From the human T2T-CHM13v2.0 reference genome, Homo sapiens, in NCBI RefSeq assembly GCF_009914755.1, contig NC_060931.1: a DNA stretch of 64,000 nt; one strand, written 5' to 3'. A model generated the notes under the pieces. That model was not told the origin of the DNA. It was given only the letters and a program-made list of their open reading frames with translations, and made no database searches. Positions 33,985 to 49,178 of the stretch are shown here, piece after piece. Both the position numbers and the translations under genes were made by a program. Numbering within the stretch: position 1 is the stretch's first letter; the number at the start of each line of letters is the position of its first letter.

Positions 33985-34362
33985 AATTAAGGGCACCAAA
34001 AAAGATCAAAAGGGGGTCAAAGCAAATACCTTGAGATAACAAAGAGGACAAAATGTAACAGAAGGAGCATGAGGAAATAAATAATACCGAGCAGCACTAA
34101 AAGCTCATTGATGGAGTGAGACACAGAAGGCACTCTTCAGAGAAGAAAATTAGTGATATGTAAATAAAGTCTGGGAGGCTTTTTGAGATGGTGAAGAAAA
34201 TGTCAAAAGTACAAAATGGACGAGAAAGAAGGTGAAAGAAAAGAAAACAGAACTGCTGAGATCTCATATTGGCTGTCTTTGTTTCTAGAGAAAAGAAAGG
34301 AAAAGCTGAACAGACACAATATTCAATGATAACAACAACAAAAAACGTTTTCTTAACTTAAA
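33985..34362 (+). mobile_element. Decayed L1M/HAL1 ORF1-like fragment
   Basis: A-rich, with similarity to the ORF1 region (gaagaaaattagtgat...ctagagaaaagaaagg...aatattcaatgataac...ttttcttaactta). Confidence 0.5.
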
Positions 34363-34364
34363 AA

Positions 34365-35547
34365 GTGCAGTGGGGAGGAAGAGCAGGTGTGGAGATGATG
34401 ACTGTGGGGCTGAGTGGATGTTGGGTGGCACAGCGGGGGCTTGGCCACCATAGTGGACACAATGGCAGGGCCAGGTAAAATCCCAGAGTCTGGGCTTGGG
34501 TTCTGGGCCCCCCAACTCTTTTCTATGTGGAGTGGCAGGTTGAGGAGGCCCGGATGTCCTGTCTCCTGGAGGTGGAGTCAGGAGGATGGAGTGAGGTAAA
34601 ACACAGACTAAAGGCAGCACAGTGCCTGGCACAAGTGACAGCATACAGGCTGCTGTGACTTTCTGTCCCAGACACTGCCTGGCACTGCCCCAACCACATG
34701 GAGGCATGGGCTCTGTGAGAGCACATTCCCTTCCAGGTCCAGGGCCCTTCCTGTCCAGTTCCTCTTCCTGCCCAGTTCCTCTTCCTGTCCAGTTCCCCTT
34801 CCTGCCCAGTTTCAGTTTCCCTTCCTGTCCAATTCCTCTTCCTCTCCAGTTCCTCTTCCTGTCCAGTTCCCCATCTTGTCTAGTTCCCTTTCCTGTCCAG
34901 CTCCCCTTCCTGTCCAGTTCCTCTTCCTGTCCGGTTCCCCTTCTTGTCTAGTTCCCTTTCCTGTCCAGTGTCCCTTCCTCTCCAGTTCCTCTTCCTGTCC
35001 ATTTCCCTTTCCTGTCTAGTTCCCCTTCCTGTCCATTTCCTCTTCCTCTCTAGTTCCTCTTCTTGTCTAGTTCCCTTTCCTGTCCAGTTCCTGTTCTTTT
35101 CCAGTTCCTCTTCCTCTCCAATTCCTCTTCCTGTCCAGTTCCCCTACCTCTCCAGTTCCTCTTCCTGTCCAGTTTCCCTTCTTGTCCACACCCCTTCCTG
35201 TTCAAGCCCCTTCCTGGTCGAGGGCTCAGCCTCCCCATCCAAGGCCCATCTCCCACTGCCTCACAATCACACACACTTGTGTCACATGATCCTCAAAAGC
35301 ACCCACCTATACCAAGGAAAGTGACTCAAGCTGCCTTCTCCCTAGCCAGGGATCCCCTCCTGCAGATGCTGTGGCCTGGAGCCTACTTGACTTGGGTCCA
35401 GATTGCCAACATTTGTTGATTTCTGCAGTTTGTAAAACTTCCTTTATCTGGCCCTGCCATTGTGTCCACTATGGTGGCCAAGCCCCCGCTCTGCCACCCA
35501 ACACCGACTCAGCCCTGGTCATCATCCCCACACCTGCTCTTCTGCAC
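34365..35547. repeat. Inverted repeat pair (arms 34365-34479 and 35443-35547)
   Basis: Left arm gaagagcaggtgtggagatgatgac...agcgggggcttggccaccatagtggacacaatggcagggccaggtaaa is the reverse complement of the right arm tttatctggccctgccattgtgtccactatggtggccaagcccccgct...catcatccccacacctgctcttc, about 90% identical. Confidence 0.93.
34745..35205. repeat. 17-bp pyrimidine-rich minisatellite, consensus ~ttcctgtccagttcctc, roughly 25-27 units
   Basis: Tandem array read directly, with variant units (ttcctctccagttcctc, ttcttgtctagttccct). Confidence 0.95.
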
Positions 35548-36235
35548 ATCTGTGGCTCATCTTTCTTTCTGTGGTACTGGGCCTTACCCAGCCCTTTTTC
35601 AAGAGGGGCCAGGCCCCTGTGCTCATCCAGGGGTTCACAGAGGGTGTGGAGCTCCAGGCCTAGCCCCTTCAGCAAGCTCAGCAAGCAGCTAGCCCCTGGG
35701 GAAGCTTTTGTGGCTGCCTGTCCCCTCATTAATAGGAGTCGACCCCTGGATGCCTGGCTCCCTGGGCTTCTGTCCACTCTTTGGAGAGTGGGAACTAGAT
35801 TAATCTCTGCAAGGAATAAATGTCAGAAGAAGCCAAAAGCCAGAACCTGAGGCCTTGCCTCACAGACACTCAGCTCATGTTGATGTTACTACAGCTCCTG
35901 TACTGCTATTGCAACCAGGGCTCAGGGTATTGTCCATAACATCATTATTAGCATTCTCACTCTTTTTTCCCCCTAGTTCTTTTAGTTGCAAATACATATT
36001 ATCAATCTTAAAGAAGTATTTTTTAAATTCACTGTTTTTTAATATTAGCAGTAAGCTAGCATAATGCCCAGATATTCATTCTTTTAAATCTTCAAATTCC
36101 ATTTATGTGATCTTACTGCTTTAGAACTAATTCTTAAAGGATTGTACCCATAGTGACCCTATGGATTTCTTTAAGTTGTATGAAATTTTAAGAAAGTGTT
36201 TGTGGTAGAATTGAGCCTACTTCCTAACGTTCAAT

Positions 36236-37115
36236 TTTTTTAAGACTTATTTTTTTAGAGCAGTTTAAGATTCATAGCAAAATTGAGAGAAAGATACAGA
36301 GATTTCCTGTATGCCCCCTTCCCCAACACATGCACAGCCTCCCCCATTATCAACATCCCCCACCAGAATGGTACATTTGTTACAGTCAATGAACCCACAT
36401 CAATACATCATCACCCGGAGTCCATTATTTGTTTAAATTACAGTTTATTCTTTATGTTGTACATACTGTGGGTTTGAACAAATGTATAATGACATACAAC
36501 CACCATTATGGCATCATGCTGAGTAGCTTCACTGACTTAAAAATCCTATTGCTCTACCTCTTCATCCCTATCTTCCCCTAGCCCTTGGTAACCACTGATC
36601 TTTCTATGCTCTCCACAATTTTGCCTTTTCCAGAATGTTATATAGTCGGAATCATCCAATGTACAGCCTTTTCAGATTGACTTCCTTCACTTAGTAACAT
36701 GCATTTAAGGTTCCTCCATGTCTTTTCACGGCTTGATAGATCATTTCTTTTAGTGCTGAATAGTATTGCATGGTCTGGATGTACTGTCATTTATTTATTG
36801 AATCACCTACTGAAGGACATCTTGGTTGTTTCTAAGTTTTCACAATTATCAATAAAGCTGCTATAAATATCCCTGTGCAGGTTATTGTGTGGACATAAGT
36901 TTTCAACCCATTTGGATAAATACTGAGGAACACAATTGCTGGATTGTGTGGCAAGAATGTGTTTACATTTTTAAGAAACCACCAAACTGTCCTCCAAAGT
37001 GGCTGTACCATTTTGCATTCCCACATTCCCACCAGCAATGATGAGAATTCCTGTTCATCCACAACCTCACCAGCATTTGGTGTTGTCAGTGTTCCACATC
37101 TTGGTCATTCCAATT
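36236..37115 (-). mobile_element. L1MC1/2-like 3' fragment
   Basis: ttttagagcagtttaagattcatagcaaaattgag...cccccaccagaatggtacatttgttaca; ORF2 C-terminal-like peptide in ORF 36832-37062. Confidence 0.88.
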
Positions 37116-37131
37116 TGGCATTTAATGAAAG

Positions 37132-37519
37132 TGTTACCAAAATGCAGGGGTTTGATCTAGGTCTTATTGCTTGCTGCACAGAAAGCCAATCACTGAAGCA
37201 ACAAGTATTGCCAGGGAGGAAGGCTTTAATTGGGTAATGCAGCCAGGGAGAATGGAAGGTAAAGTCTCAAATTAGTCTCTCAGACTGACTAAAATTTGGG
37301 GGTTTATTTAGTTGGTAAGGTAGGAAAACAGGAATAGGAAAGAGTAAGGAAGCAATCATGATGAATGAGGGGCCTGGATGCAGTGATCTGGTGAGTTCCA
37401 GTCCCTTGCCTGAGGATCAGTTTCCTGAGGAAGGAACTCAGATGAGACAAATGTAAGTTTCAAGTTTTAAGACCAGGGAGGGTCAATATTAGTTCTCTGG
37501 GACAATTGAGCCAGTTTCA
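37132..37519 (-). mobile_element. MER66/LTR26-like ERV1 solo LTR
   Basis: Minus strand runs from tgaaactggctcaattgtccc...ggtcttaaaacttgaaacttacatttgtctcatctgagttccttcctcagg to ...ggtaaca. Near-TSD aaag/aaat. Confidence 0.78.
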
Positions 37520-40402
37520 AAATAAGTATTGTTAAAGATCAAAGAGTGTGTACATTTCCTAGGTGCTTGTCCACTTCCGGGGCCAGCCAGTCAGGCTGCT
37601 TGGCACCCCTCAGGGAACAGTGGCTGTGCCCTACACACTGGAGCAAGTATCAATTTACATCTTTCCCCAGGAAACTGAGCTCCATGAAGACATTGCTTAT
37701 ATGTGGGTGATGTAGAAAAGGAATGAAGAGAGATTTGACTGAATGAATGACACATTATTGTCTCCCGCCCCACCCCCATGTGGGCCATTGAGGCTGACTC
37801 TGGCATTTGCTGGTGTAAGGCTAAATCTCCAGAAATATTGGTATCTGGCCAAGCTGTGGCCACCAGAGGGGTTTGAGGGCAGGCCTGAGCACAGGCTCTC
37901 AGCAGCAGGCCCACTTGGTTACTGTAGCCCCCAGGCAAGGGAGCAGTGGGAGGCCTCACACCCTTGGTCTGAGGGTTTAAATGTTTAAATAAATCATTCA
38001 AGCTCACATAGTGTTAAATGAAATATGTTCCATCCTAATGACAACACTGGAAAATACGCACACAAGCCCAGGAAGTTAGCTACACAACGTCCTTTCCCCA
38101 GGGGTTGCACATGCAAGGCCCCCAGGGCCAGGCTTGGACCACAATGAGAGGAGCAGGTCAGGGGGTCACTGTGGGCTGCACTGGGTCAATGAGCCTTGCT
38201 GCCATTAAGAATTCAACAGGATTTTTCAGAAGCAATCAGAATCTAGGTTTTCATGTAAAAAGTCACAATTGTTTAATACTTGCTCAAAAAACCCCACAAA
38301 ATTTAGATGCTACTTCCATGGGCTGGGTTTGGTCAATAAGCCTCCAGCCAGCAGCCTTGGCCTCATACCAGGTCTGAACGGTCTCCCTGAACACCTGCTC
38401 TGTGTCTTCCCCCAGCAAAGCCAGAAGGGCGGCCTAGGTCAGGGGTGACTCAGACAGGAGCTGCAGGCACGACACTGACCACCCAGAGCACATGTTTCTG
38501 GGAGCACTCCTCCCAAGGACAGGAGAGGACGTTATGGGAGGGAGTCTTATCAGCATGCCCTCCCCTAAGAGATAGAGGGACAGTGGTGGGACTGTAGGCC
38601 TTGGCCTCCCTGAATTCTCTCTCTCTGAGATGCGCTTCCTCACTCCAGAAGAAAGGAATGTGGGCTCATGACACCCTAAATCACAGCGTCAGAGCCTGGG
38701 AGGAAGTCAAGCCAGCAAAGTTGAGAAATGTAGCAAAGACTCTGCCAGGACCTACAGGTGAACAGCTGCGTGCCCAGGTCTGCAGTCTCTCAGGCTCACA
38801 CTGCCCAGGTCTCAAGTAGGTTCAGAAAATGCAAAACCCTGCTTCAGGTGCCAGGTTAGCCTTGAGGGTGTACAGCTTGACTAATCATCATAGGAAGAGG
38901 CTCTGCAGATGGGACCAGGGCCATGGGAGGAGGCAGGGGCAGATTTGGCTAGGGTGCCCACTGGAGAAAGCCAGCCTCAGTGTAATCTCCTGATGCACCT
39001 AGGCCTTCTAGGAGTGACTCTGACCTGAGCCTCCCATCATCATTGCTGTGTCTGGCCTGGCACACAGATGCCCATCACCATCTCCATCGCCCAGGAGACT
39101 GGACACGGGGCAGGAGGTGTACGGTAGAGACACGCAGTGGGGTGCTGTGGGAGAAAAGCAGGTAGGGGCGAGTGGCCCGTGGGACAGCTGACCAGGTGAG
39201 GGTGGGAGGTGGGCGTGGAGAACAAGCACCTGCAAGGGCATCTAGTGGGCATCTCCCTATCACAGTGGCAGCATGAGAACACCTCAACTTGCACAGCACA
39301 TCCAGGGTTCCTGAAGTAGTTCTTCATGAGAGCCTTGGAGCTTTGCTCTTTTAATAGCTCACCGCCCTGTGCTGCCCCACTGTTGAGATAAAAGCAAGGC
39401 ACCCCATTCATCTCTGTCCAGAGCCTGGAGGACAAAGTGCCCTGTTTAAGCTAAGTGGAGAAAATATGTGTGTCAAACATCTGAAAGAGGTGAGGTTAAG
39501 GACGCTCCTGCCTCGGAGTGGGAGGGGATACAATCTAGCATCAGGCGGGAGGTCTGCACTTGGCCACCTCTCCTCCTTTGGCCCCAGGCTGAGTCAGTTT
39601 GTCTATATGTTGGAAGGGCTGTGGGGAGAGGTGTGCTCACTGCTGTGGCCACTAGCCTGGACAGAAAAGGGCTGAAGCCTGCTTGGTGCAGCAATGCCCT
39701 GCTTCTTTCCCACTTCCCTTATAAACTGGGGGCCCCTTTGAAGGTCAGGTGTCCGTCGGAATCAGACCCACCTCCCACTCTACTATGGCTTCACAAGGTG
39801 CCAGTCCCAAGGAGAAACTCAGTGAATTTTCATCAAATTGGATAGAGCCCAGCAGTGATTTTACTGAATCTCCAGAAAACCTGTCTCCAAAAGCTATTTG
39901 CCTCTTGAGTTCTAGGAGAGAACTATTTTTAGTGAGTGTTTTGTTTTCTAAGGTGAATGACTATGGCAAAAGCCAGCTGGGGGCTTATCTAATCAAGATG
40001 CTCTTGTAAGTGTTTATTCTAATCAGTGCTACCAACCCCATCTATTTGGGGAACAAACCCCTCAGCTCCTTCCAGCTCTGAGCATCCCAGATGTCTGCAA
40101 GCGGGTCAAGAAGCCTGGGCCTCGGGTTCCAGGCCCCACTTTCCACTCTGGCATCTCCAGTCACATCGGATGCTTTCTTTCTTTAAATAAACCCTCTCAT
40201 AGAATCTTCCCTATGGAGGGGCCTGGAGATATGCTTGCTTACTCCAGTCCCCAAATTTTTCATGTTTTCAGAAATGTCTGGATTACTGAGTGATAGAGAT
40301 GTGTCTACTGGCAGACACACACAGAGACATATTTGTAATTCTCTGTGCTACCTCATTTAATGCTCCCAATACTGTGTCAATCCCAAGAAGAAACCTTTGC
40401 TG

Positions 40403-40853
40403 TGACAAAGACCCTGCTTGACCAGGCATTAGGCTCCTATGAGCCCACTTCTCCACTAGGCCTTGTCCTTGGGCTTTTGTCCCTGCCAGGTCTGGTTTTA
40501 GCAAGAATCTTTAATAAGCTAGTTTAGAGAGAATCCTCCCAACCTTGCAATCTGGTCAGGTTCCTTATCCTCCACCATCCCCCACGTGATGTCTCACCAC
40601 CCTGGCTGTCTTCTGCAAGAATCCTGCTAGGTCAGTTTAGCCAGATCCCCACTACCCTGATGTTTCCTCTTGTGATTTTCCATCCACTGACCCTTGCAAC
40701 CTGCTCTTTGGGTATAGGTTCCTACTTGTCCTTACTGTATTCAGAGTTGAGCCCAGTTCTATGCTGAGGTTTCTTTTCCCCTATTGCAATCATTTCTGAA
40801 TAAAATCTGTTTTTGCCGCTTCAGCTACCATCCAGCTCTGGTCTTTCTTAACA
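40403..40853 (+). mobile_element. MER31-like ERV1 solo LTR
   Basis: Runs from tgacaaagaccctgcttgacca...gcaagaatcctgctaggtcagtttagccaga...aataaa to ...ttaaca. Perfect TSD gctg. Confidence 0.85.
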
Positions 40854-40929
40854 GCTGTTAGGACAGACATTGTATCCCCTGAGCAATCATTATGCCTTTT
40901 TGCTCAGCAGCATGTGCTGCTTGTGTGTT

Positions 40930-42151
<1,222 letters not shown>

Positions 42152-42320
42152 TCAATTTGTAGGAGGAAGTTTTAGCAGGCCACTATCTTAATCAAAACTG
42201 TGTGAAATAGTTTGCAAAGATTTAAATTGCCTTAATAGAAGAAAACCCTCTAGGAAATGGAGACATGACCCACCGTCGTGCTCTGCACACATAAAATGAA
42301 GATAACAAAAGTCCACCTCA

Positions 42321-42712
42321 TTATTAGGGCCTGAACTGTGTCTCCCCCAAATCCACATGCTGACGTGGACTTCAGAATAGACCCCAGGACCTCAGAATGT
42401 AACCATATTTGTGGACAGGTTCTTTAAAGAGATGATTAAGCTAAAATTAGTTATTCAGGGTTGACCCTAACCCAATATAACTGGTGTCCTTATAGCAAGA
42501 GGAAATTAGGACACAGACATGTACAGAGGGAAGACGTGAGGATACAGCAAGAAGGCGGCCATCTACAAGCCAAGGAGAGAGGCCTCCGAAGGAGCCAGCC
42601 CTGCCAACACCTTAATCTCAGACTCCCAGCCTCTGGAACTGTGAGAAAAGAAATTTCTGTTGAAGTCAGTCAGTCTATGGTGTTTGTTGCAGCATCCAGG
42701 GCTGACTAATAT
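42321..42712 (+). mobile_element. MLT1B-like MaLR solo LTR
   Basis: Contains cctcagaatgtaacc...ctggtgtccttatagcaagaggaaattaggacacagac...ctacaagccaaggagagaggcc...ctgactaata. Confidence 0.88.
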
Positions 42713-42796
42713 TCTCATAGACCATTATATGGCCTGAACACAACAGATATGACCTATGCAGAACAGAATTTGCCCTTACCACACCATGAGATGCTA

Positions 42797-43186
<390 letters not shown>

Positions 43187-43349
43187 TCACTGAGATCCTG
43201 AAAGGTTGGTAAACCCTACCCTGTGAGGACAGGCCCAAGGCACCAGCAACACTCTTAGGAGAGCGTCCTTAGACAGCAGACGGTCTGCAGGGAGACCTGG
43301 AACAGACGTTCTACCTGCATCCTGCAGGTACAACTAGGGCCACAAGCGT

Positions 43350-43520
43350 AGAAGCCACAGGAAAGCAGATTTTGGTGAAACTGTACGAACACTTCCCAAT
43401 AAATAAATCCTCTCTACAATGGATGACCCCTGGTGAGATGGTGTCTCCCCAGGACAGGAATTTAAGCCAAGTTTGGTGACTGTCCAGCTAGCAGGCTGTA
43501 GGGCTACTCCTGCATTTAGC
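43350..43520 (+). mobile_element. L3/CR1-type (or MIR3) 3' fragment
   Basis: gcagattttggtgaaactgtacgaacacttccc...caatggatgaccc...gaatttaagccaagtttggtgac...ctcctgcatt resembles the CR1 3' end. Confidence 0.5.
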
Positions 43521-46500
43521 ATAGTCATCTGCGTCTAAGAAACTATGACCTGACATTTACGAAGTCTCATGTTTGCTAAGTGGACTTACAGACATGGCTT
43601 ATATTAGCTTACATCACTTAGAGATAATATAATATTGAAGACATGGTTCTACATATTTTCAACTTAATTTTATTTCATTTCATTCTCAAGAGGGTTTACG
43701 ATTCCATACCGCACATTTAATTTTTAAGTGTTCCTTACATCGACAACCTACCTGAATTCCATAAACACGAAATGATTTATCCACTATACTCAATGTTGAA
43801 AGGTTTTCTTTGTTCTCTGGTTTCTTTGTCTCTTTTTTTTACAATCCCTAAGGAAGAATGCATGAGATTACATTTTAATGTGATTAAAGCCCTGGAATGC
43901 AGCCAGCAGTTTCTTGGAGGTAATTTTCACAAGAGTCAAATGTAGAAGGGGTCTCCATAAAAAGCAGAAAATAGTGAGGATTTTTGTGTTTTGATTTTTG
44001 ATTAGCAATTGATTGTCTTGTTAATTTTCTGTGCTTATCTTTCCCATGTTGTTATTAAACATGTCCCACCCCACCCCTTCTTGACACTTCAACTGGGGAA
44101 AGCAGTTTTCCTGTCCCTGGTTATCAATCTTATTTTGAATTTCCTCTTGTTTGAGCAAAGACACATTCATCTACCCTCAACCTCTGGCAGAGATTTTGGA
44201 TTTGGAGGACAAATGGCTGTCTTTAACAGAGAGTAATCCAAGTAGGTGTGGTCTTCTAGAGGACCTGGCCCAGCCCCAATTTCTTTGTTTCTTTGCTAGC
44301 CCAATTCTGTGTCTTGCAGATTATTAATCATGTGTATCCATATCACTGTACTTTAATGCTGAGCATATACAGGTATGTTTGGCTTCTTAGGTCACTTTCC
44401 TTGTCATTTTTGGAACTTCCTTGCCAACACACAAATAAAATCTTCCCAGTACCACCACACTGCCACACATAAACACATACTGCCTTTTCCTTTGTGCTTT
44501 GGAAGGTAGGTGTATATTTAGATCTTCTCTGTTCTATTTTCTCTTCTGCTTCTTTGATCTGTCTGTGATCACACTAGTAGCCCATCCATTCATTGATTAA
44601 ATGATTATATCTTTATATATTATGGAAGGCAACCCACCCCACATACCATCACTCCTCTTTCTAAAAAATTTCATTGGTCAACTCAATTACTTATTGTTTT
44701 CCTAGCAAACTTTTAGACGACCTTGCTAACAACTTAAAAAATCTCAGTGTCATTTTCTTTGAATTGATTAAACTTACATGTGAAATTAATCCAAGGAACA
44801 GCATGTGGGAAAAGATAAACTGTATAGTAAATTGTGTTGGAACATGGGCTAGCCATATTATACAGTTGGAATCCATGTCTTACAACATCACTACAGATTT
44901 CATAGGGATAAAGATTCAAATGTAAAAATAATGAAAAAAAAGTTGTGTTCCAGTTATAGGTAAGTGGAGGAAGCATACTCTGGTTGTCTCTTCCACTGAA
45001 TGCAGCTGGAATCCTGGACAGAGTGCATGGAGCAGTGACAAGAACCCTGTAAAGCAAATAATAGCAGATGGATAGGGAAGTAGATGAGAATTTGAAGTAC
45101 CACTAAACCAGTGATAGGTTCCTGTTCTATTTTCTTCCTTGCTATCCCCAAGCTAAATTCAAGGCAGCCCAAACACCAGAAGTGGGCACTGACATGAGCA
45201 GGGAGACCTTCAGGAGAAGCCCTCTAACTCCGACTTGAAGAATGGAAAAGGAGACTGTAACACTCAGAAAGAGTGGGTGAAATCTTTCTACCATTTTCCT
45301 TTCCTTTTTTCTATTCTCCCGTGCTCCAACCCCAGTCAATCTTCCAGTGTCAGAAGTGGTAGGAAGGACAACCACCATAGCAGCAGCTATGGTGACAGCA
45401 AGAGCAACAGGGTTCCCAGGTGTTTAAAACCCTACAGAAAGAAAACTCCCTCCCAAATAAGAGGAGCTGGTGTCCCAAGAGAGTGGGGCAAACTCCTGCT
45501 ACCTCTTCTCTCTTTGGCCTTCCACCACTTGACCCGAGATGTCATAAGAAGTGCGTGGCAGAGCAGAGTAACCATAGCACCAGGTTCCAAAGTGATATCA
45601 ACAGGGAATCAGAAAGTACCAGGGAGTTCACAAATAGGTAGGGATCCATAAAATTGTTTGTGAATTTTGTGAACTCCTGTGTTTACTCCCATGCTGTGCA
45701 TACATGGACCTGACTCTAAACAACATGCTGAAGATTCTGAGACCTGAAATATGGGATAAACCAGTGCCCAGAACCTAGCCTGGCCAGTGGATGGCACACA
45801 GGTGGGACAGATCTAAATAGCACCACAGAAGCTTTGAAAATGTAACTGACGCCAACACCATTACTTACTGAAGCAAGTTGGAACTTGTGGCCTGAACCTA
45901 ACCTAATTCCACATGTTCAGGATACACTCCAAAATTACTCTGCACACAAAGAACCAGAAACATATCAATTTGTGTATGAAAAGACAATCAATAGAAGCCA
46001 ATGCCAAAATGACATTGCTACAAAAATCAATTTTTGGTATTATCAAACAGAGTTGAAAACTGCTACTATTAAAATGCTCTAAGAAGTAACAATAAGCAAT
46101 CTTGAAACACATGGAAGGATAGAAAATCTCGGAAAAGTAATAAAACATAAAAAGGAGAACTGAATGGGAATTGTAAACCTGAAAAATACAGTAACAAAAA
46201 TAAAAAAAATGCCCTCGATAGCAGAGTAGAAATGAGAGAGGAGTCAATTTCTAACACCATAGAGAAAAAAGACTGAAAAAGAAGATAGTACCAGAACCTC
46301 AGTGACCTGTGGGATAATGCTACAAGGTCTAACATTTGTGTCTTGGTGTTCCCAGTAGGGGAGAAGAAAGAGGGTGTTGCAGAAAATGTATTTGAATATA
46401 TAATAGCTGTAAACATTTAAAATATGGTAAAAGATCTCAACCTACAGATTTAAGTAAAGCAAACTGCAAACAAAATAAGCCCACAGAAACACAGCAAAGA

Positions 46501-46848
46501 CATATCATAGAGACACTAAAGACAAAAAATTTCTGAAAACACTTGTTGAAAAATGATGCAGTACCTACAGGAAAACAATGGTTTAAATGATATAGATTCC
46601 CACCAAAATCATGGAGACCAGAAATAAGTTGGAAAAACAGTTTTGAAAGAAAAGAACAGTCAATCCATAATTCTGCATCTAAAAAGAGAATATCCTTCAG
46701 GAACGAAAGTGAAATAAAGACACTCTCTAATGAAGGGAATCTAAGAGAGCTACATGCCAACAGACCCATTCTAGTAGAATTGCCAAAGAAAGTTATTTAC
46801 AAAGAGCGGGAAAGTTACTAGAGGGAAATAAAACATCAGAAATGGAGG

Positions 46849-47147
46849 GACCAGGCATGGTGGCTCACGCCTATACTTTGGGAGGCCAAAGCAGGTGGAT
46901 TGCTTGAGTTTAGCAGTTCAAGACCAGCCTGGCAAAGTGGCAAAACCCCACCTCTACAAAAAATGCAAAAATTAGCCAGGTGTGGTGGCACATGACTATA
47001 GTCCCAACTACTTAGGAGTCAGCAGTGAGAGGATCGCTTGAACCTGGGAGGTCAAGGCTGCAGGGAGCCAAGATTGTGCCACTGCAATCCACCCTGGGTG
47101 ACTGGACCCAGAACAAGACCCTGTCTCAAAAAAAAAAAAAAAAAAAA
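46849..47147 (+). mobile_element. AluJ-type SINE
   Basis: Diverged dimer (ggtcaaggctgcag, gaccctgtctc) with A tail. Confidence 0.9.
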
Positions 47148-47500
47148 GGAGGAAGAGCAACATAAATCGTTTATATCTGGGTCAATATAATAGCTTATTT
47201 TTCTCTTGAATCCATTAAAATGTATTGACAATGAAGATCAAAAATTATAACATTGCTAGATGGGGTTGTCAAAGTGTGTAGATGTAATTTATAAGACAAC
47301 AATATACAGGGGGAAGACAAACAGGTTTCTATCATGATAAAGATTCTGTATTCCAAATGAAGTAGTAAAATGTGGATTCTAAGTGAACTGGGAAAAGTTA
47401 AATATGCATATTGTAATCCTAAAAACAATTGCTACAAAAATACACAAACAGATATAATCAAAACCACAGCAGATAATGGATTATTAAAAACGTTCAAATA

Positions 47501-47791
47501 AGCTGGGCATGGTGGTTCATGACTATAATCCCAGCACTTTCGGAGGCTGAGGCAGGCAGATTGTTTGAGCCCAGGAGTTTGAGACCAGCCTGGGCAACAT
47601 GGCAAAACCCAGTCTCTACTTAAAAAACAAAAAATTAGCTGAGCATGGTGACACTCACCTGTAGTCCCAGCTACTCGAGAGGCTAAAGTGGTAGAATCAC
47701 TTGAGCTCAGGAAGTTGAGGCTGTAGTGAGCTATGATCATGCCACTGAACTCCAGCTTGGGCAAGAATGAGACCCTGTCTCAAAAAAAAAA
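47501..47791 (+). mobile_element. AluJ-type SINE
   Basis: Contains tgagcccaggagtttgagacc and gagctatgatcatgcc; near-TSD aaaaa(c)gtt(c/t)aaata. Confidence 0.9.
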
Positions 47792-48407
47792 GTTTAAATA
47801 ATCTACATAAGGAGGAAAAGGGAAACAGAAGGATGAAAACACAAGAAACAAACATAAAACAAGAAATAAAAAGTAGAATTAAATTCAAACCTAGCAATAA
47901 TTACATTAAATGTAAGTGGCCTAAACACAGCAATTAAGTTGACAGAGAATGTCAGAATGAATTTTTTAAAGTGACCTAACTGTCTGCTGTCTGGAAGGAA
48001 CTGACTTCAAATACTATGGTATATTTAAGTCTGAAGTGGAAGGCTGGAAAGAATATCATATAAAAACTTCAATTAGGAAAAATGTAGTGGCTATATTATT
48101 TTCAGACAGAGCAAACATATTACTGAAGACAAAGAGTGGCATTACATAGTGATAAAAAAGGGTAAATTTACCAAGAAAACATAGCAATCCTAAATGAGCA
48201 TGCATTTTAAAAAATTACAGAAATTAAAAATATATGGAGAAAAATGAGAAATAAATAACCTCACAATTACAGCTGGAGATTCCAACCTTCCTGTCTCAGT
48301 AACTTATAAAACAAATAGAAAATCAGCAATATAAAAGAATTGAACAACATAATCAACCAATGGCATCTAATTGATATATAAAACACTCTGTTACAAAACA
48401 GAATAGG

Positions 48408-48674
<267 letters not shown>

Positions 48675-48956
48675 TTAATGAATTTAAGAGAATTGAAATC
48701 ATACAAAGAATGTTTTCTGTATATAATGATATTAAACTAGAAATAAAAAACAGAAATAAAAGAGGAAAGTCTCCAAATACTTGGAAATTAAACAATGTAC
48801 TTCTAAATCATCCATTAGTCAAAGAGAAAGTCTCAAAGGAAACAGGAAAATATTTTAAACTGACCAAAAATTAAAACATTAAAATTTGTAGGAGGCAGCT
48901 AAATCAGTGCTTGGAGGGAAATTTATATGATTAAATGATTATATTAAAAAAAGAAC

Positions 48957-49178
48957 TCAGATGGTGTTAGCTCACACATGTAACCCTAGCACTTTGGGAG
49001 GCTGAAGCAGAAGGATCACAAATAAAAAAATTAACTGTGTATGGTGGTGCACCCCTGTAGCCCCAGCTACCTGGGAGGCTAAGGTGGGAGGATTGCATGA
49101 GCCCAGGAGTTTGAGGTTGCAGTGAGCCATGATTGTATCACTGCACTCTAGCCTGGGTGACAGAATGAGGCCCTGCCT
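48957..49178 (+). mobile_element. Deleted AluJ
   Basis: Partial left arm plus right arm, no tail. Confidence 0.85.

Noticed and set aside
34622-35419. Overlapping Ser/Pro/Phe-rich ORFs, and a possible CRISPR-like array
   Set aside because: The ORFs come from the stop-poor 17-bp tandem repeat. Units are contiguous with no unique spacers, and the DNA is eukaryotic.
35464-35482. CTCF-like motif ccactatggtggcc in the inverted-repeat arms
   Set aside because: It has an extra base relative to the CTCF core spacing and is not a convincing match.
37550-40250. GC-richer unique block with many short ORFs and a CAG|GTGAG site near 39195
   Set aside because: No recognisable protein similarity, consistent exon structure or CpG island. 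It could be regulatory but the sequence alone does not support a call.
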